24,000 nt of DNA from Candidatus Kaiserbacteria bacterium RIFCSPHIGHO2_01_FULL_53_29 (GTDB taxonomy: Bacteria; Patescibacteriota; Minisyncoccia; Phycocordibacterales; UBA2100). Location: assembly GCA_001781125.1 (NCBI GenBank), contig MFKT01000018.1, forward strand, positions 4,595 to 28,594. Reading direction: 5' to 3'. Both the position numbers and the translations under genes were made by a program. Under the pieces are notes generated by a model. That model had not been told where the DNA came from, ran no database searches, and saw only the letters and a program-made list of their open reading frames with translations. Position 1 is the first letter of the stretch. The number at the start of each line of letters is the position of its first letter. Positions 17,863-24,000 of the stretch are shown one piece after another.

Positions 17863-18963
17863 TTATCGAAGCGACTCAAGGGTTTTTTCGACGACCGTAT
17901 CTTCTACGGGGTGCGCAAACTGACCGTCTTTTTGGTAGACGGAGCCGATTTTTTCCAGGAGCACGTACTGCACAAGACCGCCGCGGACTTTTTTGTCGCC
18001 TTTTGTCGCCGCGATTATGTCGGAAACTTGGAATTTCTTAATCGGTTCTGCAGTGATGTCGAAATGTGAAAGGTATTCTGCGACGAACGTCTTATCTTCC
18101 GGAGAAAGAATCCCGAGCAGCTCGGATATTTTCGACTCGACGAGTATTCCGTACGCGACTGCGTACCCGTGCCGTATTGTGTAGCCCGAGAGCAGTTCTA
18201 TCGCGTGTCCGATGGTATGGCCGAAATTCAGTATTCGGCGCTCGTTCTGCTCGCGCTCGTCACGCATCGCGACGCCGACTTTTATCTCGATGGAGCGGCA
18301 CACGACGTTCATAAGGGCTTCTTTTGTCGAAAGCGGATCGTCGAGGTTTATTTTTTTTACCACTTCAAGTCCCACAGCATCGGAAGTGAGGAATTCCTTA
18401 ATTGCCTCAATAAGACCGTTCACCACATGTTCGCGCGGAAGTTTCGAGAGGAATTGCAGGTCGGAAATGACGGCGTGCGGCAGATAAAATGCACCGACGG
18501 TATTTTTCCCGAAGGGCGTGTCGATGCCCACTTTGCCTCCAACGGAGCTATCAACCATGGCGAGGAGTGTGGTCGGCATTTGAATGTACGGCACACCGCG
18601 CAGATAAGTGGCCGCAACGTATCCGGCGACATCTCCCACCACCCCGCCACCAAGGGCGATGATGAGGCTGTTACGCCCGTAGCGTTTTTCGAGGAGCGAA
18701 TGCTGCAGACTTGTCACCGTTTCTTGGTGCTTATTGCCCTCGCCCTCGGCAAAAGAAAATATCTCGGCGGGTATGCCTAATTTCTGTATGAGCGAAAGGA
18801 CCTTGTCGCCCCAGAGCTGTGCGGTCGTGGAATCCGCAATGATGACTACTGTTTCCGGAGCGGCGCTCTTGATCGCGGCGAGCACTTCGCTCTCGAGACT
18901 TAGCCCAACCGTTATGGGACATTCCGCGCCCTGTGTCTTCAGGACTATTGTTCGCGGTGTCAT
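17863..18963 (-). CDS. aroB: 3-dehydroquinate synthase
   Basis: IIALGGGVVGDVAGYVAATYLRG, MPTTLLAMVDSSVGGKVGIDTPFGKNTVGAFY, NGLIEAIK, RRILNFGHTIGHAIE, HGYAVAYG. Confidence 0.97.
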   Translation of the reverse strand: MTPRTIVLKTQGAECPITVGLSLESEVLAAIKSAAPETVVIIADSTTAQLWGDKVLSLIQKLGIPAEIFSFAEGEGNKHQETVTSLQHSLLEKRYGRNSLIIALGGGVVGDVAGYVAATYLRGVPYIQMPTTLLAMVDSSVGGKVGIDTPFGKNTVGAFYLPHAVISDLQFLSKLPREHVVNGLIEAIKEFLTSDAVGLEVVKKINLDDPLSTKEALMNVVCRSIEIKVGVAMRDEREQNERRILNFGHTIGHAIELLSGYTIRHGYAVAYGILVESKISELLGILSPEDKTFVAEYLSHFDITAEPIKKFQVSDIIAATKGDKKVRGGLVQYVLLEKIGSVYQKDGQFAHPVEDTVVEKTLESLR

Positions 18964-20003
18964 AGGCCTCGTGCAGCAGCAACTTCTCTTATAATGTTTT
19001 CTGTTGATTCCCAGCCGAGACAGGGGTCCGTGATGGAAAGCCCGCCGCGATCAATCGTTTCCGGTGTTGTTGATTCGAGCTTCTGACTACCTTCCTTGAG
19101 GAAGCTTTCTATCATGAATCCTTTGACGAGGCGGCGGTATTCCGCGTCGGCCTGCATGAACGCAAGCGATTCCCTTACGACCTCGCTCTGCCGCCCGGAG
19201 ACCTTCACGCCGTCGACCTTGCAGTTGTCGTGGCTCGCATCAATGATAATGGCAGGATTTTTCACTTTGTGTTTTTCGAAAAGCGCTCCGGCCTTGTGCA
19301 CGTGTGCGGGATCGTAATTGGAGCCGCGGAAGCCGCCGCGCAGCACGAGGTGTGCAAACGGGTTGCCAGTAGTCTCGATCTGGTTGCCATCGAAAGTTGT
19401 GTGATGCGGATGCTGCGCGGCGACGATGCCGTTGACCGCGATCTCGATGGAGCCGCTCGTTGCATTTTTCATACCGACAGGGCAGTCAGCTGCGGAGGCG
19501 AAGATGCGGTGTTCCTGATCCTCCACACTGCGCGCGCCGATGGCCATCCACGAGAGAAGCTCGGCGAATCCTTTCGCGTTGTGTGTGAAGAGCGCTTCAT
19601 CGGCGATGGGGAGCCCCATCTCAATGATCTTCACCATCATGTCGCGGCAGTATTCGGCCCCTTTTGCGATATCGGGCGACTCGAACGGATCGGGTTGATT
19701 CACCGGCCCGAGCCAGCCGCGGATGGTGCGGGGCTTTTGGATATAGACCCGCATGACAATTTTGATCGAATCTTTGACCTCGTCAGAGAGCTTTTTGAGA
19801 CGCTCCGCAAAGGTAAGGACTGCCTCGGACGGCCATGCGGAACAGGGACCGGCGATAAAGAGAAGACGCTTGTCCTCGCCGGAAAGAATTGCTCCGACTT
19901 CTTTGCGGTCCTGAAGTACTTGCGCCTCGCCTTTTTGGGAGAGGGGATGACGCGCGATTATTCTCTCGACAGTCGGCATTTTTTGTATGATTTTGTAGCT
20001 CAT
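18960..20003 (-). CDS. 3-deoxy-7-phosphoheptulonate (DAHP) synthase, class I AroF/G/H type; true start MSYKIIQK (20003), not 20255
   Basis: LLFIAGPCSAWPSE, MRVYIQKPRTIRGWLG, ADEALF, SWMAIGARSVEDQEHR, VGMKNATSGS, LRGGFRGSNYD, IIDASHDNCK. Confidence 0.95.
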   Translation of the reverse strand: MSYKIIQKMPTVERIIARHPLSQKGEAQVLQDRKEVGAILSGEDKRLLFIAGPCSAWPSEAVLTFAERLKKLSDEVKDSIKIVMRVYIQKPRTIRGWLGPVNQPDPFESPDIAKGAEYCRDMMVKIIEMGLPIADEALFTHNAKGFAELLSWMAIGARSVEDQEHRIFASAADCPVGMKNATSGSIEIAVNGIVAAQHPHHTTFDGNQIETTGNPFAHLVLRGGFRGSNYDPAHVHKAGALFEKHKVKNPAIIIDASHDNCKVDGVKVSGRQSEVVRESLAFMQADAEYRRLVKGFMIESFLKEGSQKLESTTPETIDRGGLSITDPCLGWESTENIIREVAAARGL

Positions 20004-20016
20004 AGATGTTCGTAGA

Positions 20017-20859
20017 TTACAGCCCTCGTAACTTGTTCTCGAGGAGCTCTGTATAGTCTCCGGCGATATCTCTCCCAAGCCACAGGCGTTCCTGCTCGAG
20101 GCCTTGTGCGAGGAACATGACGAGGCCGGAGATGGCGCGCGCGCCGCGTGCATCGGCGGTGCGCAGGAGCTTGGTCTCAAGCGGGCTGTAGACAAGATCG
20201 AAGACCGCCGTCTCTTTTTGGATGATCTCCTCCGGTACCGGCATCGCGTCAACATTTGGCGACATACCGATGGGGGTTGCGTTCACGATGACATCGAAGG
20301 GTTGCTTCGCGAAGTCCTCCGTTTCGATGAACGTGCCGTCGAATGCTTTGCAGAGAACCTCTGCTTGTGCCCGATCGCGATTGTGGCAGAAGATATGCGC
20401 GCCCTCGCGATGCAGATGGTATGCAACCGTCAGTGCGGCGCCTCCGGCACCCACGAGAAGCACGTTTGCGCCTTTTCCTCCAGAGGAGGATCCGCCTCCG
20501 GCGGAGAGGTCAACTCCAGAAAGTGCAGCCGCGATGCCTTTCACGTCTGTATTGAATCCGGTGAGCTTACCGTCCCGGTTCACTACCGTGTTGACTGCGC
20601 CGATATCGCGCGCGGTTGCGTCGATCTCGTCAAGGAGCGGCATGATCGTTTGTTTGTGAGGCATCGTCACTGCCGCAAGATGGATCGGCAGTGCGCGTAC
20701 CGCGGCGACCAATACAGAGATATCAGGATTACCAAAAGCGAGCATGACCGCATCGACGCCTTCTTTTTGGTAGATGGCATTGTGTAGCAGAGGACTCAGG
20801 CTGTGCGTGACAGGATTGCCCATAATAGCCGTCAGTTTTGTTGCGGGAGAGATGGTCAT
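20017..20859 (-). CDS. aroE: Shikimate dehydrogenase
   Basis: IMGNPVTHSLSPLLHNAIY, VTMPHKQTIMPLLDEID, GAVNTVVNRDGKLTGFNTDVKGI, VLLVGAGGAALTVAYHL, VNATPIGMSP. Confidence 0.96.
   Translation of the reverse strand: MTISPATKLTAIMGNPVTHSLSPLLHNAIYQKEGVDAVMLAFGNPDISVLVAAVRALPIHLAAVTMPHKQTIMPLLDEIDATARDIGAVNTVVNRDGKLTGFNTDVKGIAAALSGVDLSAGGGSSSGGKGANVLLVGAGGAALTVAYHLHREGAHIFCHNRDRAQAEVLCKAFDGTFIETEDFAKQPFDVIVNATPIGMSPNVDAMPVPEEIIQKETAVFDLVYSPLETKLLRTADARGARAISGLVMFLAQGLEQERLWLGRDIAGDYTELLENKLRGL
20472..20506. repeat. 35-bp double-hairpin repeat, copy 2, inside aroE (encodes in-frame SAGGGSSSGGK)
   Basis: Identical to 13953-13987; same orientation and same reading phase relative to the host gene. 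Confidence 0.93.
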
Positions 20860-20963
20860 ACCCGGCTAGTACAATTTCGAATAATTACCACCGCAGTTGT
20901 AACCACGAACGTTTTCAATACGCCCTGGTCAATGCTTCTTGTCATACGCTGATGGATATTCAT
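20856..20963 (-). CDS. Possible 35-aa small ORF (MNIHQRMTRSIDQGVLKTFVVTTAVVIIRNCTSRV) ending in an ATGA overlap with the aroE start
   Basis: Read directly from the aroQ-aroE intergenic region; 4-nt ATGA overlap with aroE. Confidence 0.3.
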   Translation of the reverse strand: MNIHQRMTRSIDQGVLKTFVVTTAVVIIRNCTSRV

Positions 20964-20992
20964 ACAAGGTAATTCGAAATTGTCCTGCCGGG
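20861..20992 (-). promoter_or_regulatory. Long-range inverted repeat in the aroQ-aroE intergenic region, whose distal arm abuts the aroE start codon
   Basis: Minus strand: CCCGGC..ACAATTTCGAAT (20992-20972) versus ATTCGAAATTGT..GCCGGG (20882-20861). Confidence 0.55.
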
Positions 20993-20997
20993 CATAT

Positions 20998-21435
20998 CTA
21001 TTTCGTCAGATGCGCCTGCAGTGTCGCAACCGCTTCGACGTAGCCTGCTTCCTTTTTCCCTGCGATCATTGCGATACACGCCGGTGCGGTCACCGAGATC
21101 TTTCTCCAGTCTTCGCGTGAATTGATGTCGGAGAGATGCACCTCGACGCAGGGCAGATCGGTATCGACGAGCGCATCGTGGAGCGCGTAGCTGTAGTGCG
21201 TGAATGCGCCAAGGTTCGCAATGATGCCGGCAGCGTCTGTCGCCTCGGCCTGCAAGAAGTCGATGAGCGCGCCCTCGTGATTCGATTGAAATGCTTTGAC
21301 CGTGTGGCCTATTCTTTGCGCTTCGGCCGCAACGAGCGCCTCAATATCGGCAAGCGTCTTCGTGCCGTACTGCGCCGCATCGCGTTTGCCGAGGCGGTTC
21401 AGGTTGGGTCCGTGGATAAGTAGTATCGTGGCCAT
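20998..21435 (-). CDS. aroQ: 3-dehydroquinate dehydratase, type II
   Basis: ILLIHGPNLNRLGKRDAAQYG, FQSNHEGALIDFL, IIANLGAFTHYSYALHDAL, VEVHLSDINSREDWR. Confidence 0.95.
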   Translation of the reverse strand: MATILLIHGPNLNRLGKRDAAQYGTKTLADIEALVAAEAQRIGHTVKAFQSNHEGALIDFLQAEATDAAGIIANLGAFTHYSYALHDALVDTDLPCVEVHLSDINSREDWRKISVTAPACIAMIAGKKEAGYVEAVATLQAHLTK

Positions 21436-21465
21436 AAGGCGTAATTCGTACTATTGTACCCTGTT

Positions 21466-21550
21466 AAAAGCAAACGAGCTCCCTTTCGAGAGCTCGTTTC
21501 CGGTATCGTAAGTTGTTTACAATAGCGCAGACGAACTCTCGAAGGAGAGT
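21466..21550 (-). promoter_or_regulatory. Ribosome-dependent transcription attenuator of the aroQ-aroE-DAHPS-aroB operon
   Basis: 1:2 hairpin ACTCTC-CTTC-GAGAGT (21550-21535); 2:3 antiterminator TTCGAGAGTTCGT (21543-21531) with ACGAGCTCTCGAA (21497-21485), 13 bp with one G-U; 3:4 terminator AAACGAGCTC (21499-21490) with GAGCTCGTTT (21481-21472) followed by GCTTTT. Confidence 0.88.
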
Positions 21551-21591
21551 CCATAAAAGAAGCCAAAGAAGCGTGAGGAAATAGTCTGCAT
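21517..21591 (-). CDS. Leader peptide MQTISSRFFGFFYGLSFESSSALL (24 aa, Phe/Tyr control cluster)
   Basis: ATG CAG ACT ATT TCC TCA CGC TTC TTT GGC TTC TTT TAT GGA CTC TCC TTC GAG AGT TCG TCT GCG CTA TTG TAA; codons 14-16 form attenuator segment 1. Confidence 0.88.
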   Translation of the reverse strand: MQTISSRFFGFFYGLSFESSSALL

Positions 21592-21600
21592 ACGTTATTG

Positions 21601-21628
21601 ATAATAGGACTTTCGGCGTTTTTGTCAA
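21601..21628 (-). promoter_or_regulatory. Promoter of the aroQ attenuator leader: TTGACA (21628-21623), 16-nt spacer, TATTAT (21606-21601)
   Basis: Consensus -35, 5/6 match at -10, placed immediately upstream of the leader peptide. Confidence 0.75.
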
Positions 21629-21648
21629 GCCATTATGGCAAATGAAAG

Positions 21649-21671
21649 GGCGGCAGTCGTTGACTGCCGCC
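21649..21671 (-). terminator. Likely intrinsic terminator after the 95-aa gene
   Basis: Minus strand GGCGGCAGTC-AAC-GACTGCCGCC followed by CTTTCATTT. Confidence 0.6.
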
Positions 21672-21700
21672 GCTTCGCCGCCTTTTTGCGCTCCCCTGCG

Positions 21701-21988
21701 CTAAAGACCCCCGATGTAGATGTTGGGACGAGGTTGTGCCGCGCTAGCGAATGCGGCATTAATCAGTTGCTCGGCTTGCGTCGCGGTCGTTCCTTCCGGA
21801 ACTTCCATGAGCCATGCGCACACGCCATTGGCGAGACCAAGGCGTGTTTCAGGCCCGTTGTTGACGTAGCGGACCAACGGCATGCCGATCTTCGCGTCCG
21901 CGAAGACGTTCTTAAGCGAATCACGAAGAGGTCCTTGATGATCGGGCGTTATTCCGCATACCCGAACTTCGAAGTCGTCGCTTTTCAT
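21701..21988 (-). CDS. Hypothetical protein (95 aa) under T-box control
   Basis: ATG preceded by a strong SD (CAGGAGAAGGCC-ATG); MKSDDFEVRVCGITPDHQGPLRDSLKNVF...; first ORF downstream of the minus-strand T-box; the longer ORF start at 22213 runs through the T-box and is not credible. Confidence 0.7.
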   Translation of the reverse strand: MKSDDFEVRVCGITPDHQGPLRDSLKNVFADAKIGMPLVRYVNNGPETRLGLANGVCAWLMEVPEGTTATQAEQLINAAFASAAQPRPNIYIGGL

Positions 21989-22079
21989 GGCCTTCTCCTG
22001 AGCGTTGACGATGTGAGATGAAGAGAACAGAAAGAGCGAAGCGACTCCTCCTGCGGTTTGCGAGTTTAGTACGCAAATA

Positions 22080-22130
22080 CAAAAATCCGCCCTTACAACA
22101 CGAATACACTTCGTGTAGTAAGGGCGGATT
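22080..22130 (-). terminator. T-box-controlled intrinsic terminator
   Basis: Minus strand AATCCGCCCTTACTACACGAA / TTCGTGTTGTAAGGGCGGATT, 21-nt arms with a single mismatch, followed by TTT. Confidence 0.92.
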
Positions 22131-22301
22131 TCTTCCGCGGTGCCACCTTTTTTCTTCTTACTCCGACTATACGTCGGAGTTACCTCTATTACGGGAGAAC
22201 CCCGAGATACCACTTGCGCAGTACCTTACCTGCCGCGTCAGACGCGGACAATTCGGCCCGAACCCCGGCCAGTGCCGGGAACCGAATCTAAGGCTTTTAC
22301 T
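22080..22301 (-). promoter_or_regulatory. T-box riboswitch leader (minus strand), transcriptional class
   Basis: T-box AAGGTGGCACCGCGG (22149-22135) followed by CCGCCCTTAC; hairpins CCCGGC/GCCGGG, CCGCGT/ACGCGG, AGGTAC/GTATCT and ACTCCGAC/GTCGGAGT upstream. Confidence 0.93.
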
Positions 22302-22307
22302 GTCTTT

Positions 22308-22336
22308 ACTGTAAACGATGGCGCTTAAGGTGTCAA
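22308..22336 (-). promoter_or_regulatory. Promoter of the minus-strand T-box: TTGACA (22336-22331), 17-nt spacer, TACAGT (22313-22308)
   Basis: Consensus -35, good -10, ideal spacing; same placement relative to the leader 5' end as for the trpE T-box. Confidence 0.75.
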
Positions 22337-22365
22337 ACGTGATAAATAATGTAGTATTAGCAATT

Positions 22366-22746
22366 ATGAAACCAGTACATACAGACAAGGCTCCACAGGC
22401 AATAGGGCCGTATTCGCAGGCGGTCGTCGTGGGCGATCTCGTCTTTTGTTCGGGGCAGATCGGGCTTGAGCCTGCAAGCGGGGAAATGGTCGCCGGTGGC
22501 GTGAAAGAGCAGACTGTCCGTGTACTCAAAAATCTCGCCGAGGTTCTTGGGGCTGCGGGGGTCAGTCTTTCCGATGTCGTGAGCGTCAATGTCTATTTGA
22601 AATCCATGAATGATTTTAAAGATATGAACGAGATCTACGCAGCACAATTCGGCGAGCACAAACCCGCGCGTGCCACTGTTGGCGTGTCGGAATTACCGAA
22701 AGGCGCTCTCGTTGAGATCTCGTGCGTCGCTTCTCTTTCTAAGTAG
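22366..22746 (+). CDS. ridA: RidA/YjgF family enamine/imine deaminase (likely start MKPVHTDKAPQAIGPYSQ)
   Basis: APQAIGPYSQAVVVGDLVFCSGQIGL, NVYLKSMNDFKDMNEIYAAQF, KPARATVGVSELPKGALVEISCVA. Confidence 0.92.
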   Translation: MKPVHTDKAPQAIGPYSQAVVVGDLVFCSGQIGLEPASGEMVAGGVKEQTVRVLKNLAEVLGAAGVSLSDVVSVNVYLKSMNDFKDMNEIYAAQFGEHKPARATVGVSELPKGALVEISCVASLSK

Positions 22747-22749
22747 CCT

Positions 22750-24000
22750 ATGCCAAAAACATTTTCAGTGGAAATGGTGGACGAAGCGCGCGAGGCTCTG
22801 CGCGATGTGGTGAAAGAAACTCCACTCCAATTTAATCGCGGACTCTCCGAGAAATTCGGCGCCAAGGTGTATCTCAAGCGCGAGGACTTGCAGGTCGTGC
22901 GCTCCTACAAACTGCGCGGCGCCTACAATCGCATGCGACTTCTCACGCCTGCCGAAAAAGAGCGGGGCATCGTGTGTGCTTCGGCAGGCAACCATGCGCA
23001 GGGCGTTGCCTTCAGCTGCGCCGAACTCAAAGTAAAAGGCACGATCTTCATGCCCAAAAATACGCCGCGGCAGAAGATCGATCGCGTGCGCGCTCTCGGT
23101 GGCGAGTGGGTCACGATTGAACTTTCGGGTGATGCCTATGACGAGGCCTATACGACTGCCCGCACACTCTCCGACGCAAAGGGAATGGCGTTCATTCATC
23201 CCTTTAACGACCCGCAAGTCATTGCGGGGCAGGGCACGGTAGGCGCGGAAATTCTTGAGCAGATTAAAGAGCCCATTGATTATCTGGTGGTTCCTATCGG
23301 CGGCGGTGGGCTTGTTGCTGGCACGGGTTCGTATGTCAGGTCCAAAAGTCCTCAAACGAAGGTCATTGGCGTTGAACCTGTGGGGGCTGCGGCCATGGAT
23401 GCTGCGCTGAAAGCAGGGAAGGTGGTGACACTCGAAAAAATAGATACGTTCGTGGACGGCGCCGCCGTCAAAACGGTCGGTGATCTCACGTTTTCTATCT
23501 GCAAGAATATTCTTGAGAAGTTGCTCTTGGTACCCGAAGGAAAAGTCTGCGCAGAGATGATATCGCTCTATCAGCGTGACGGTATTGTCGCAGAGCCTGC
23601 GGGCGCGCTTTCCATCGCGGCGCTCGACCAGCTTGGCGCAGAACTTAAGGGAAAAACGGTGGTCTGTATTCTCTCCGGCGGCAACAACGACATCAGCCGC
23701 TATCCGGAAGTTATCGAGCGCAGCTTGGTCTATCAGGGCCTCAAGCACTACTTCATGGTCAACTTCTCGCAACGGCCGGGGGCCTTGAAGCGCTATCTCA
23801 ATGAAGCGCTTGGACCGAGCGACGACATCACGCTCTTCGAGTACACCAAGAAGAATAATCGCGAGAATGGCCCCGCGCTCATCGGCGTTGAACTTGCAAA
23901 GAAAGAAGATCTCCAGCCGCTCCTGAAACGTATGGACGACCTCGGAATGTCGTATGAGCTTCTCGAAAAAGACAGTCCGATCTTTAGCTTCTTGATTTAA
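22750..24000 (+). CDS. ilvA: Threonine dehydratase (PLP-dependent) with C-terminal ACT-like domain
   Basis: LKREDLQVVRSYKLRGAYN, CASAGNHAQGVA, MPKNTPRQKIDRV, VVPIGGGGLVAGTGSY, VCILSGGNNDISRY; C-terminal HYFMVNFSQRPGALKRYL regulatory domain. Confidence 0.93.
   Translation: MPKTFSVEMVDEAREALRDVVKETPLQFNRGLSEKFGAKVYLKREDLQVVRSYKLRGAYNRMRLLTPAEKERGIVCASAGNHAQGVAFSCAELKVKGTIFMPKNTPRQKIDRVRALGGEWVTIELSGDAYDEAYTTARTLSDAKGMAFIHPFNDPQVIAGQGTVGAEILEQIKEPIDYLVVPIGGGGLVAGTGSYVRSKSPQTKVIGVEPVGAAAMDAALKAGKVVTLEKIDTFVDGAAVKTVGDLTFSICKNILEKLLLVPEGKVCAEMISLYQRDGIVAEPAGALSIAALDQLGAELKGKTVVCILSGGNNDISRYPEVIERSLVYQGLKHYFMVNFSQRPGALKRYLNEALGPSDDITLFEYTKKNNRENGPALIGVELAKKEDLQPLLKRMDDLGMSYELLEKDSPIFSFLI

Noticed and set aside
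20004-20255. N-terminal extension of the 431-aa minus ORF (MLTRCRYRRRSSKKRRR...)
   Set aside because: It overlaps the aroE coding region. DAHP synthase homology starts around MSYKIIQK at 20003, and the extension is low-complexity antisense-frame sequence.
19230-20787. Plus-strand ORFs 19230..20015 (261 aa) and 20104..20787 (227 aa)
   Set aside because: They lie entirely antisense to the well-supported DAHP synthase and aroE, and show no recognisable motifs; typical GC-driven shadow ORFs.
21453-21458. TACAAT on the minus strand just upstream of aroQ as an internal promoter
   Set aside because: No -35-like hexamer at proper spacing; the attenuator leader promoter explains expression better, although an internal start is not excluded.
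21989-22213. Upstream extension of the 95-aa gene (170-aa ORF)
   Set aside because: It runs through the T-box antiterminator and terminator; a strong SD supports the ATG at 21988.

Overview
This window is almost entirely an aromatic amino acid biosynthesis supercluster. It encodes all seven shikimate-pathway activities: DAHP synthase, aroB, type II dehydroquinase, aroE, an aroA::aroK fusion and aroC. It also carries a complete set of Trp genes (trpE-G-D, trpF, trpC-B-A) and chorismate mutase, prephenate dehydrogenase and prephenate dehydratase. Flanking genes are a sugar transferase, an NAD-dependent epimerase, folD, secD/secF, a TSUP permease, ridA-ilvA and three small unknown proteins. The most notable content is regulatory and sits in the intergenic regions. 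(1) Two T-box riboswitches, with near-consensus promoters and matching leader 5' ends, lie upstream of trpE (+) and of a 95-aa unknown protein (-). (2) A textbook ribosome-dependent attenuator lies upstream of aroQ (-). Its leader peptide, MQTISSRFFGFFYGLSFESSSALL, has a Phe/Tyr control cluster, and it has mutually exclusive 1:2, 2:3 and 3:4 helices. (3) An identical 35-bp double-hairpin repeat is inserted in frame, in the same reading phase, in both trpA and aroE (SAGGGSSSGGK). (4) A perfectly symmetric divergent start site sits between trpF and trpC and looks like a bidirectional leaderless promoter; similar -10 box/start codon spacing occurs at other genes. No CRISPR, rRNA, tRNA or transposase was recognised. 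The lineage cannot be proven from the sequence.
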